A stretch of DNA of 64,000 bases from Octopus vulgaris. Lineage: Eukaryota. Under the pieces are notes generated by a model. That model was given only the letters and a program-made list of their open reading frames with translations, searched no databases and was not told where the DNA came from. A program made the position numbers and the translations under genes. Shown piece by piece: positions 41,845 to 54,700 of this stretch. The stretch spans positions 32,984,001 through 33,048,000 of the forward strand of contig OX597818.1 in NCBI GenBank assembly GCA_951406725.2, in the 5' to 3' direction. Positions within the stretch are counted from its first letter, which is position 1. Every line of letters begins with the position of its first letter.

Positions 41845-42272
41845 AATGAGCGGCCGAAGGGAGGGGATTCTCTCCTGCACGGAGGACCCGACTGGCCTTC
41901 GCAGGTGGCCGCGAAGGTCATGGGGAAGAACGACCTGTTCAGGATAATGAACTCCTTCCTCAAGGATACCTTCAGATTTATGCTAAAGTGGCCCGACTTG
42001 GCGCCGTCCAGATGTTTAACTGAGGCGAGAAGTCTGTGGCCCAACTTGGCGCCGTCCAGATGTTTAACTGAGGCGAGAAGTCTGGTCGGGTGGAAATATT
42101 TGTAACTAATTAAAGTAAGAGGCTTGGTGCCTCAGTTGTATTGTTTCATTGATTTATGATTGACTTGCGTAAGAGGTTTATTGCCTCACAATGGCTTTTT
42201 GTGTTGTAAAAATTTAAGGTTTTTTTTTGCCTCCTTGATGTTTTGTTAAGTAAGAGGTTTGTTGCCTCAAAT
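41845..42272 (+). mobile_element. GC-rich probable LINE 3' end with a 48-bp tandem duplication and four repeated 3' hairpin motifs
   Basis: 41988-42035 is duplicated at 42036-42083 (1 mismatch); gtaagagg..gcctca repeats at about 42115, 42169, 42214 (degenerate) and 42250. Confidence 0.5.
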
Positions 42273-42528
42273 ATGGTACTTATAAAGAACAATGTGCTCG
42301 GGTAAACAGCAATCGGCGGGCGTTGCTGTTGCCCTCATTATTATCATATCGTCTATCATTTCATCTCATTATGTCCTTGTCCAGCCGGCAGATTCCTTTT
42401 TTTGTAAGGCCTTTATGGCCAATTTAATGAATAAAAGAAGAGAAAGCTCTGTACAAAGGGGAGTAAAATTTATTATTGGTATATGATCAGTAGTGTTGCC
42501 GCTTGGTGGTTCATCAATAGGTTACCTT

Positions 42529-43065
42529 GTGGAGGCGCGTGGTTTAGTGGTTAGGGTGTTGGACTCATGATCGTAAGATTGTGGTTTCGGCTCCTGGACC
42601 AGGCGATGCATTGTGTTCTTGAGCAATACACTTCATTTCACGTTGCTCCACTTGACTCAGCTGACAAAAAGGAGAATATATACGCCATAGAAACTGGGAA
42701 ACCAGTCCTTATAAATCAACATAACTCATGAGAAGAATATTTGGAGGCGCGTTGGTTGGTGGTTAGCGTGTTGCGCTCATGACCGTAAGATTGTGGTTTC
42801 GATTCCTAGACCGTGTGATGCTTTGTGCTTTTGTGCAAGACTCGTCATTTCACGTTGTCCCGGTTCCCTCAGCTGACAGAGAAGAGTTTATACCAGTCAA
42901 ATGGCTAGCCTTGTCACAATCTGTGTCACGCTGAATCACCCTGAGAATTACGTTAAGGGTACGTATCGTGGAGTGCTCATCTTCTTGCATGTTAATTTCG
43001 GAAGCAGGCTGTTCCGTTGATTGGATCAACTAGAACAGTCGTCGTCGGAACCGACGGAGTACCGG
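42529..43065 (+). mobile_element. Two tandem family C SINEs; the second carries a family D tail
   Basis: Heads at about 42529 and 42742; tail ..ggctgttccgttgattggatcaac..gtcgtcggaaccgacggagt as in 58365-58500(-). Confidence 0.8.
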
Positions 43066-43188
43066 TATGAGCAGAATTAAACACCTCCAATTAACGATCC
43101 TTTTCTTTCTCACGAATATCCTTTTCAGAGATAATATGTATCTCAATATGGACACACATGCACACGCACATACACACGCACACACACA

Positions 43189-43269
<81 letters not shown>

Positions 43270-44928
43270 TCATATGTACGCTAACACACAAGCACATGAT
43301 TGTTTCTAAACAACGCCTGAGACCTGGCATTTGTAGTGTCAGTACTTTGCCGGTATTTGATTCTATTTACAGTTGAGGGATAAAATACAAAGTTAAAACT
43401 GGTGGGATTTTAACGCAGCCATAAAAACCAGAACAAAAAAAGCAATGAGTAACGATAGTAAGTTCCTACCCGGAGGACACGGCCTTACATTTAGAGGAGT
43501 TTCTAAGTCAATGCCATCATCTCTATCACATGACTGGTACGACGTGCTATCAAAACCAGAAGTGTTAAAAGCAGAGATGATATCCCCCAAATTCAAAATT
43601 ATATCATCAAGACCAGGAATATAAACCGCAACAAAGGCGACAATCATTCTACTGAAAGCAATAACGACTTTGGCACTTCAAAAAAGGCCAGGAACTTAGG
43701 TCTAAAGGTTAGTTAATTGACTTAACTCTAATACATATATGCATACATGCATGCATACATACATAGATACATACATATATATGTGTATATATTTATGGAT
43801 AGATTGATTAATAGATATGTATGTAATTTTTATATCTCTGTCAATGTATCTATCTATTTAACTGCCTTTATTAGTTTCGTATGAGTTGATTCCTTCTGTT
43901 TTGATACTGGATCATAATATTTTAACTGTAACATCAATCACACCAGCCAATATATTTCCGGTGTGTCCTTAGTTCAAAGAAATTGTCATCGAGTTACAAA
44001 CCTAATACAGAGAGAGATAATTAAACATCAAACAACATTTGGTTTTTGTCATTAGACATTGAAAGTAGACACTTTTCCGTTATTTTCTAATCGATGTTGT
44101 TTTACATCATAAATATCCATTATTTATATCCGATCTCTAATCAAGTCTGAAGGTCAATGACAATTACAATCTATACGAAGGGCTTTATAACAAACACAAT
44201 ATGATGCGGTTTTATATGGAATATACAGAAAGATAAAAATTTGCTCACAACCACGTGGTTGTAGTTTCGAATAAACTGCTCGATAATATTGGTAAATGCG
44301 TTCTATAAAATCTTCAGAATGATTCCTGCATTTTCTGGGTGAAATTTGGTAGACAGAGAATTTGTAGAAGTCTGTAAAACAGTACCACTTTTCGGCTAGC
44401 AGATCTGATCTGTATCCCTACTTAATATCTCTGCAGGCTCTTGTCTGCGTTTTGCGAGATGCAGTTTTTGAAAGCATTCCTAACAAGTTCTCCGTTTTGA
44501 GAATATCTTCTGAAATTCATGTGGTGATTTCTACTGCCAGAACAAGTGAGCCGTGCTTCCTGCTTCTCTTTCTTCCCTACTGCTCCCACAGGCCCTGCAA
44601 GAGGCCAAAGACATTACCCTATTTCCTATGAATGTACCATTTTTCGAACATGTTTAAATCATCTCAGCAGCCAAAACATTGACGTTAGCAAATATTAATT
44701 CGTAGTTTCAACATCATTGTTAAACATATTCTATTGTTCATTGTTATTCTATCTAAATCCAGACAAATGTAAATCTATTAAGTTACATTGTTAATGCTGC
44801 TATCGTCTTTAAGAAAAGCATTGGATTTTATGAAACTAGGCACTTGTTTGCAATAACTTTATGTTTAGAAAGAAAATGGCGTCATCTTTGAAAAACAGTA
44901 TAAAGGAAGTACATGTACAAGTGTTTGT

Positions 44929-44965
<37 letters not shown>

Positions 44966-46193
44966 GAAGCACAGGCACAGAGTTATATGTATATACGTGT
45001 AGAAATACATGTATACGTATGTATGTATGTATATATATATATGTGTGTGTGTGTGTTGTATAAAAGTCTTCAGTGTATTGTTTTGTATATGGTGAATAGA
45101 TTTTCTTAAAACATATATATATTTGTGTATGTATATATATATATACATAAATATGTATATAGCCATATACACACACATGCAATTACATTTACGTGTCTAT
45201 GAATGCATGTATGTGTGTGTATGTGCATGTATCTTGGGATTTTGTACATGCATAAACTATGATTAAATAAATACACAATCGTACATTACTCATTCAGAGA
45301 ATGCCCTTGTGAGTGTGTATATGAACATATATATACATATATATATATATGTTTGTGTGTGTGTGTGTGTGAGTGTGAGATTGTATATGCATGTGTGTGT
45401 GTGTGTGTATACATATATACATGTGTGTGTGTGTGTGTGTGTATGTGTGTGTGTGTGTGTGTGTGTGTCTACACACTTATACTCTTTCTAACATACGTGT
45501 ATAATTGTATAATCTTCTCTCTGAATGTATACTTTTCTATGTTTGCGCGGGTGGGTATCCGTTTTGCCAATTACTCTTCAAAGATATTTTACTACAATTG
45601 TCTAAGGAATTCCTTAAAATGACTCGAAGTATAGTGAAAGAATGCTTTTCCTTACAAATAAATGTTATAAATGATATTGCAGACACTCCGATTAACCATA
45701 CACACCCATCAGGACATAGGCTTAAAATTGTATGCCCACACGCTCGTACACATATAAGGCACAGAAGCGCATATACTGTAAGACAACTAGTCGCTGACAT
45801 AAGCAAACCTATAACAAAGAAACACGTGTTGTCACTTAGTATTTTGCTCCGTTTTCTTACAGCGGTTAAATCATATTTTGTAAACATGATGTTTAAAGTT
45901 TGAGAATTCGAAATTCGTTTAGTAAATACACAAGGCAACTAAAATGTTTCGCTCTTTTCTTTTCCTATATAAATGCTACGTATTGTCTGCTGATTAAAGG
46001 ATACTCTCAACCCATTATGAAAACGCCTAATTCTTGTTTCTGCATCCAGTTAATAATATTTAGATACGACAAGGAAATGCAGTGTTGAGTTTACAAGATA
46101 TTATTTGCTAAAAATTATAGAATACGTCTACGTTTATGTATTTGATTTGCAAATATATATATGCGCGTGTATGTGTGTATGTATGTATGTATG

Positions 46194-46247
<54 letters not shown>

Positions 46248-46323
46248 TATATATATATATATACGTTTAAATATTTGTTGTGCAAGATTTTTTATGTGAA
46301 GTCGTGTGTTGAAACAGATATTG

Positions 46324-46689
46324 TTATATTTCGGAATGGTCATATTGCCAGTTTAGCCAATAAAAACACACGCACTATATATTTGGTGTTATTTTGCTTC
46401 AGTGTTATTTATTTTTTACATTAATCTTAATCTTATTTCAGCCAGAGATCTTTCGTTAGAGTTATTTCAAAATACAAAATGGCTGACGGTTAGTAAGGAG
46501 AGACACAAATAAGAAAGAAGAAAACAAAGGACCACTGATGCGGTCACAGGAGTGTGACGAAAGAACTCTGGCCGAAATAAGATTAAGATTAATGTAAAAA
46601 ATAAATAACACCGAAGCAAAATAACACCAAATATATAGTGCGTGTGTTTTTATTGGCTAAACTGGCAATATGACCATTCCGAAATATAA
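46324..46689. repeat. Inverted repeat, about 133-bp arms (46324-46456 / 46557-46689), 100-bp spacer
   Basis: About 3 mismatches between arms. Confidence 0.9.
46529..46573 (+). ncRNA. Degenerate minimal hammerhead motif
   Basis: ggaCCA-CTGATGCg-GTCACA ggag TGTGAC-GAA-AGaaCT-C/TGGcc; the mirror arm preserves the palindromic AGATCT stem III. Confidence 0.5.
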
Positions 46690-46699
46690 TAATAATAAT

Positions 46700-46787
<88 letters not shown>

Positions 46788-46790
46788 TGA

Positions 46791-47104
46791 GACCCCCTTC
46801 GGTCATGACTGACCTTGGCATTGCACCTAGAAAGTTATCCGGGCAAGGTTGTTTATGGAAGACCAGCAGTCGCCCATACATACCGGCCTCCCCTCTCCAC
46901 GCCACCAGTGTTATCCAAGGGACAGGCAACAGGTGATACAGCTTGGCACTTTTGACGTCGCAACTCATTTCTACAGCTGAGCGATCTGGAGCAACGTGAA
47001 ATAAAGTGCCTTGCTCAAGAACACAACACGCAGCCCGATCCGGGATTCGAACTCTCAACCTCACGATCGTAAGCTCGACGCTCTAGCCACTTAGCCATGC
47101 GCCT
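46791..47104 (-). mobile_element. Family C SINE
   Basis: tRNA-like head (gcgcatggctaagtggctagagcg..ggttgagagttcgaatccc) plus CORE-like block. Confidence 0.85.
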
Positions 47105-47251
47105 ACACACACACACACACACACATATGTATATATACATATATATAATTAATAAATAACGGAGAAAAAGAGGACAACAAGAGAAAAACAGCAACACGAG
47201 GACGTGATACATGCAAAGTATTAATAAGACGCTCAGGGAAGAATGAAAGGG

Positions 47252-47288
47252 TGTTTTACGTTTCGAGCAGAACTCTTCTTCAGAAACA
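47252..47288 (-). ncRNA. Canonical minimal type-I hammerhead ribozyme motif within a Penelope-like pLTR fragment (about 47150-47322)
   Basis: TGTTT-CTGAAGA-a-GAG ttctg CTC-GAA-ACGT-A/AAACA. Confidence 0.8.
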
Positions 47289-47478
47289 GGAGACAGGAAA
47301 GTCCAAAAGAAAAGGAAGACATACACATACAATCACCTTATATAAGAACTTGAAAGAATGAAGGATGCGTAAGATAATGTTGTCTAAGCAACATGATGCA
47401 TAAAAATAAGATGAGAGGGTTGTGACTGGAACGTCGCTGAACAAATATAGTCATACTTGGGGATGATCATATTTTGAG

Positions 47479-47683
47479 TGAAGGCGCATGGCTCAGTGGT
47501 TAGAGCGTAGAGCTTACGATCGTGAGATTGTGAGTTCGATACCCGGACTGGGCTGCGTGTTGTGTTCTTGAGCAAGACACTTCATTTCACGTTGCTCTAG
47601 TTAACTCGGCTGTAGAAATGAGTTGCGACATCACTGTTGCCAAGCTGTATCGGCCTTTGCATTTCCTTTGGATAACATCAGTG
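47479..47683 (+). mobile_element. Family C SINE, 3'-truncated
   Basis: gaaggcgcatggctcagtggttagagcg..gagttcgataccc..cttgagcaagacac. Confidence 0.85.
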
Positions 47684-49159
47684 AATATCAAAGCAGAGAT
47701 TTGAAAGTCAAAGCAACTTTCAGCCTTTTGGTGACAATGAAATAAGTACCAGTTACGCACGAAGGGAGCTGTAATCGACTTAAATATACCCCCACCACCA
47801 CCACCAAATAAAAAATTTCAGACTTGTGCCTATAACAGAAATGATTATTGTTGTTGTTGTTGTTGTTGTTGTTTTAGGAAAGGCATTCCGTCACTTCTAG
47901 ATATTTTGAGATATTTTTTAGAGACCTGTAGTAAAGTATCTTTGAAAAGTAACTAGGAAAACGGATACCCGCTCGAGCAAACATTGAAAACTCTACATAG
48001 ATAGGCATAATGTTGTAACTGCTGTAACCGTTTCCTCTCTTTCTCTTTCTAACACAACCAATATATTTCAGGGGGCTCTGGACGTGACGCAGTAACATTT
48101 CCTGTACGTTATATATCGGAAGCCTTGTTCCGTGTTGATTTCGTTTTCATTATTTGGATTCTGGCAAAATTCTATCGTATTCATTAAGGAGCTTACGTAT
48201 ACATCCTCATGCGCATGTGTGGCTATAGACACACACTACAAGCATACCGTGAAGACAAAAGCTGAAATATCATCATCATTGATTTTTAAAACAAACAGAA
48301 TGATCGTATTGACGTTGAATATAGTCATCAGTGTGTAACCAGAGGAAAAAGCCGAAAGGGAATTCAGTAAATACGCATATTTCGATTTTCTCAACAATAT
48401 TATGACTAGCGCGCCAGTAATTCTGATAACTAGCAGCTAACCAACTTTGGAACAATAATATTATCCACAAGATTATCAATACTACAAACAATAGTAAGGA
48501 AGAATGGTGACATAACACTATTGTCTCAGTGATACAAGTAAAACAGTTACAACTACACTTAAAATTAGTAATAGACTAATATGCATCACCAATATTACTA
48601 GCGAAGAAACTTGCACAACTGGAATCAAGAATAATCCAATTAATAGCAATTCATTTTGCCGAGTTTCCGCTAGGTTTGGTCTTATGGTTACGAAGTTTGC
48701 TCTGCAGTCATGTGATTCTTGGTTCGATACCAATGCGTGGCCTCTTCGATATAATTTGCAGTACATTCTAAATGTGTTATGTCGCATGTTCGGATGAGCT
48801 CTACTCAGCTCCACTTTCTACCGACGTCAAGACTTCTCCCTCTATATCTACGTATTGGGCTAGCCTACTTCATCATCTAGGGGCGTCCACCCACCAAAAT
48901 GACATCAACCAAATGAGCGAAGATGTCCAAACAGTATTTTCATGGAAGCTTTTTGGGTGTACTGTACCTGCTATGGAGAGGGGAAACCGTGTTACCCAAG
49001 GTTACTCTGATTTGGCCAGAGCATTAGGATAAGACTTAGATTGTGGAATCTTCATACCAGCAAAATCTGTATTAACTATAACTGGATGTCATCAGCAAAG
49101 ACCCCGTAACACTCATTATTTTCATTTTCTCTAATTGCGTGAGACTATTTAATGTACAG

Positions 49160-49410
49160 TGGAGGCACGTGGCTTAAAGGTTAAGGTATTGGACTCATGA
49201 TCGCAAGATTGTGGTTTTGTTTCCTCGACCGGGTGATGTGTTGTGTTCTTGAGCAAAACACTTCATTCCACGTTATTCCAGTCTATCCATAGGCTAAAAA
49301 TGAGTAATCCCGCAACGGACCGGCGTCCCGTCCACGTAGGCAATAAATACGGCGTGGAAACCTGGAAACCGGCTCTATGAGCCTATGTGACTCGTCAAGA
49401 AGATTTACTG
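49160..49410 (+). mobile_element. Family C SINE (V-like subtype), tatttaatgt TSD-like flanks
   Basis: Homologous to 3948-4195. Confidence 0.8.
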
Positions 49411-49596
49411 CTTTTAGTATTTAATGTGTGGGTGTGTTTCGGGACAATTTCGTCCACCACGAGGTTTGTGATCACGTGCTTATGTGGAATAACTTACATC
49501 GGGACCTTGGTTTCTTAAACAAAGACCGGTTTAGATTTTTCAGTTAAACTCTAACAAGCAGGAATTCAGCACAATCAGCACTACATTATATATGAA

Positions 49597-49982
49597 GGCA
49601 TGGGTGTCTCGAAAACATTAGGCTGCTTCCAAACCACATGATTTCAGGTTCAGTCCCACTACGAGGCACCTTGATCAATAGTGTTCTACAATGGCCTCGG
49701 GCCGCCCAAAGCACCTTGTAAGGATTTGGTAGATGGAAATCAAAAGAAACGTCGTATATGTATGTACTCTTTTACTCTTTTACTTGTTTCAGTCATTTGA
49801 CTGTGGTCATGCTGGAGCACCGCTTTTTTTTTAGTCGAGCAAATCGACCCCAGGACTTATTCTTTGTAAGCCTAGTACTAATTCTATCGGTCTCTTTTGC
49901 CGAACCGCTAAGTTACGGAGACGCAAACACACCAGCACCGGTTGTCAAGCGGTGTTGGGGGGGGACAAACACAGATACACAA

Positions 49983-49985
<3 letters not shown>
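49597..49985. mobile_element. Family B SINE 5' part (+, about 49597-49757) and family B tail (-, about 49765-49985)
   Basis: Family-B motifs in opposite orientations. Confidence 0.75.
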
Positions 49986-50019
<34 letters not shown>

Positions 50020-50480
50020 CATACATACACACACACACACGCACACACACATATATATATACACACATATATATGTGTGTGTATGTATGTGTGTGTGTGT
50101 AAATATATAGACATGTACGTATATATATATTTATATTTACGTATACATATATACATATACGAGGGGCTGCGCAGACACATGAAGAGATTGATATAATGAG
50201 AGAACTAGATTAATACATAACTAGATACATAGTTACACCAATAGCTTCAGAGCCACATGACCCCCCCCCCCACACACACACAAACACATAAAGTAGAGAC
50301 ATTGCACTGCTTAATTCTCTAAGGACGAGTGTATGCTGACTCCTTACAATAATTTTGGTTTCAATTCCGGTTCTAAGACATTAAGATTGAGATATATTTG
50401 ATGGAACTTAAGTGCATCTTCATACACAAACGTACACACGCATAAACAAACATACTTAGATACAGGCATACGTAAATATA

Positions 50481-50582
<102 letters not shown>

Positions 50583-50835
50583 TTGGGACTATGACATCTG
50601 GACGCACAACTGTTTCTCGTTGCTACCTAAAACCAATAGAGTGCTGTTAGAATCAATACTTTAATCCCCTACTTAGAAAAGTGGCTTTTACTAGAACGAA
50701 ATTAATACTCTTAAAGAATGTATGTGAATAAATACGCGTGCATACATACATCCATACATCCATATATACATACATACATACATACGTACATACAAACATA
50801 CATACGTGCATACGCACATACATTCATACATACAC

Positions 50836-50888
<53 letters not shown>

Positions 50889-50954
50889 TGTACAGAGAGA
50901 GAGAGAGATACATAACACTTTTATATATATACGTAAATATCTATATATGTATGA

Positions 50955-51006
<52 letters not shown>

Positions 51007-51040
51007 GTGTGTATCAAATATTTAGGTATGTATATATATC

Positions 51041-51098
<58 letters not shown>

Positions 51099-51540
51099 CA
51101 GTCCTCAAAGCAGTGAAGAGCATATTCAGTAACATTGGAAATAGGCCGTCTCTTGTTACATATATATTTATATTTACGTATACATAATTCTAGGCGTGTA
51201 TATATGCTTTTATATCGACATGAATCTCGAATCTCTATATAGATAATGAACCCATATAAAAATGCACGAAAATATTGTTCATGAATTCAGATGATTTGGT
51301 ATTCCGTGGGTGGAAAATGAAATTGAAATGTCTCCGAATATTTTACCAGTAAGTTTGAATTGAATTTGCATCTACATTGACGAAGCTGTTGTAATCAAGA
51401 AGCTATACGATTCAGTCAACTTATATAAAATGTGTGCTCTAATTATATCTCTGTCACACAACTTGTCTACCAAGTGTGAATACGCAATACTACAGGAAAG
51501 AATTAACTTGGGCCTTCGTGCCTTGACATGCAAAATATTA

Positions 51541-51916
51541 TTTTTACCTCCGCCTTAGTGAAGGAGGAATTATTGTTTGTCAGTCTTGTTTGTTTGTTTG
51601 TCCGTGGGCAAGATATCTCAAGAACCACCGGATGGATTCGGGTGAAACATTCAGGGGTGTTTGGTCTCGTGACTGGCATGAACTGATTAGATTTTGGGAT
51701 CGATCCAGTACCGGACAAGGATCCTGGATTATTTTTCCGTTTTTTTTTTTACTTAATTTTTGAGAGTGGTGGGGTTCATTTTTTGTATTCCCGTTTGTGA
51801 GAGCAGTCGAGTTTATTTCAGATATTCTCATTGTAAAAATCATCTCTGGCTAATCCTTGAGAGAACGTTGGTGTTGCCTTGGCAGAGGTTTGCGCTCTCT
51901 GAGTGCTCTTGTTTTT
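51541..51916 (+). mobile_element. Non-autonomous Helentron-type element (HINE/DINE-1-like)
   Basis: 5' T-run plus subterminal IR acctccgcc (51546-51554) / ggcagaggt (51881-51889), short (GTTT)n, 3' hairpin gcgctc-tct-gagtgc, terminal T-run. Confidence 0.75.
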
Positions 51917-51937
51917 ATTCCTATTATTATTATTGAA

Positions 51938-52268
51938 AGGCGGCGAGCTGGCAGAAACGTTAGCACGCCGGGCGAAATGCGTAGCCGTATTTAGTCTGCC
52001 GTTACGTTCTGAGTTCAAATTCCACCGAGGTCGACTTTGCCTTTCATCCTTTCGGAGTCGATAAACTAAGTACCAGTTACGTACTGGGGTCTTTGTAATC
52101 GACTTAAACCGTCTATCTGTCCTTGTTTGTCCCCTCTGTGTTTAGCCCCTTGTGGGTAGTAAAGAAATAGGCATTTAGTCTATATTTACGTTCTGTTTTC
52201 AAATTCAACCGAGGTTCGAATTTGGTTTTCATCTTTTCGGAGTCAATGAAATAAGTACCAGTTGCGCA
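51938..52268 (+). mobile_element. Family A SINE dimer
   Basis: Full unit then aaatag|gcatttagtct junction into an older body. Confidence 0.85.
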
Positions 52269-53044
52269 CATATATTTCATCCTATTCTTTCCAACATGAA
52301 TAAATGATAAAAAGTAGTTCGCTGAAGACGTAGCCTGCTGAAAGGAGACACAAAATATTCTGGCTGGAATAGTATTGTATATACATGGATTTGATTAGTA
52401 TTTTGCGTATTGTTAAAGCGCATCAACTACAAGAATAACACGCGGATATTAGGTAAAATGCTGAAATATTTTAATCGTTTGCATTTTATTAAAAAATGAA
52501 CAAAATATACGTTAACCACTGAAAACGCGAGGTATCGTCTTCAAAATGAGGTAATCAAATCTATGTAAAAACGTCACGGATGCGGTCGTACTTGTGGTAT
52601 GGAAATGGATTATCACCCTCGATTTACAATGTAAAACAATTAAACGGTTGCTATATAATTGTTGAATTATCATTTCCCTTTCTCGTCATGACATAAATAT
52701 GAAATCTATTCGATGTGACATAAATATGAAATCTATTACGCTAATGAAAGAGATCGGTGAGAAAGCTCATAGAAAGAATCAAACACACATCACCTTTGTT
52801 ATAACCATGGTATATAAATTAGCACCTCTCCCCACAAATTCTCCACAGCGAAAGGAAGGAAAATTTTGGCTAGTGTAGTTTGGTGGACACCACAATGGGT
52901 AAATAGGCAATGATCAGGATTGGGATGCTATTGGGAACAGCTCTTGTAGATCAGATTTGATATGCCTTTAAAACAAAACCGCGAACAAAACCCTTGCTCC
53001 TATTGAAGAATCGAGTCATTTTTCCGCAACGTTTGATAAACTAT

Positions 53045-53477
53045 ATTCTTTTCTAATCTAAGCACAAGGTCCGAAATGTTTGAGGAGAAAACCAGTCGAT
53101 TAGATCGACCCCAAAACGCAACTAGTACTTAATTTATCAACCCCGAAAGGATGAAATGCAAAGTCGATCTCGGCGGAATTTGAACTCAGAGCAAAAAGAT
53201 AGAAGAAATACTGCTAAGCATTTCACCCGGCGCCCTAACGTTTCTTATTTCTTTACTTCACACAAGTAGCTACAGACACAGAGGACAAACGAGGACAGAT
53301 AAACGGATTAAATCGATTATATCGACACCAGTGAGTAACTGCTACTTATTTAATCGACCCGGAAGGATGAAAGGTAAAGTCGACTTCGGCAAAATTTGAA
53401 CTTAGAACATAATGACAGACGAATTACCGCTAAGCATTTCGTCCGGCATCCTAACGTTTCTGCCAGCTCGCTGCCTT
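53045..53477 (-). mobile_element. Family A SINE dimer (junction in the head at agaaa|cgtt)
   Basis: Two Meta-like cores with different tails. Confidence 0.8.
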
Positions 53478-53815
53478 GTTTGACGAAATATATTTTAAGA
53501 TAATATTTTCTGTTTCGTTTATTCACGTAGAAGTAAGAATCAAATCTGCATATTTTCTGTTACTTTTTGTTTCTTTCTCAATATTGAAAAATATATATTT
53601 TATCATGTGTTGTTTTGCCAAAATGGCTAATCTTCAGGGATTAAAACAAAATAGGAAGAGTGTTCATTCTCTTAAACGGTGTATATTTATATATCCAAGT
53701 ATAAAATTTGTATGTGTGTATTTATAGGAATACTTATATTCGCATAAATATGCAGGTACACAAACAGACATGCAAGCAAATGTGTGTGTGTGTGTGTATG
53801 TGTGTGTGTGTATGT

Positions 53816-53847
<32 letters not shown>

Positions 53848-53989
53848 ATACTTTTCAACATTAGCACAAGTGCACGCTTACACAGAGTTCAAACTGAAGC
53901 TAATTTTCCTTTATATCAAATATACATGACGATATTAATATGTAAGCACATTTTTAACTTTCTGAGTCTATAGGAAGAGGCAGTTCTCA

Positions 53990-54700
53990 TGACCTGTGCA
54001 AGCCTTCTAAAACCGGTGAGACTGACGCTGTTATTATTCCTCCTGAATATTCGAAGATACACAACTACGAGAAAGTTATGAGGAGTGAGTGAACTACAGA
54101 AACCCGAATTGCTGGGAAACAAGAACTGAGTGTATGCGATTAGAGGCTGGAGAGTTGGACATAGCGACAATGATTGGAGGTGGAAGAAAGAATGGGATAG
54201 GAATGCAGGAATGGATTTGACACGATCCCAGCTAGATCCGAGGAGCAATGGCCATTAGGGTAGTAGTAGAAAATTAGGAGATGAGACAATACACTTATGA
54301 GTCGAGGCAGAAAACATGTCTGTGAAAGACTTAACGCCTATCAGCCAACGGATCCCTTCTCTGGATGCAACCTATGATGTAGCTATGAGCAGCAGCAGCC
54401 GTATTTCAAATCTGAGAGTAACATTTCATTGTGCATTTCATCAGAGATTTGTAACTCTGAAGAGCGACGTTATTCTTTGGGATGTGATCCTAGCTACGTT
54501 AAACATGTTCTTTCTCGAGAATAGCTCATCGGTGACAGAGAGTGATTTTGAGGGTTCTAGTTGCTCCTGAGTAAGGGATGTAGTGCGATGTTATTTTCTT
54601 GATATGAACAGAGCTTGTGAATTCATGCTGCTGAAACAGAGAAAATTGGCAATTAGCAACTGAAGGATACTATCAAGGTTCCGATGATAGAGCCAGTGTG
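53990..54700 (-). mobile_element. Decayed CR1/Zenon-like LINE ORF2 C-terminal region
   Basis: Minus strand: MFNVARITSQR..MKCYSQI*NTAAAAHSYIIGCIQRR/IRWLIGVKSFTD..HKCIVSS..FYYYPNGHCSSDLAGIV, resembling MEYCSHIW..LDRIQRRAIRLI..FYRYY.G.CS.EL. Confidence 0.7.

Noticed and set aside
48772-49110. RT-like hints (EDVQTVFSW on +, FADD on -)
   Set aside because: The motifs are on opposite strands without supporting context; not distinguishable from chance.
52689-52737. 22-bp direct repeat tgacataaatatgaaatctatt
   Set aside because: A simple local tandem duplication with no further structure.
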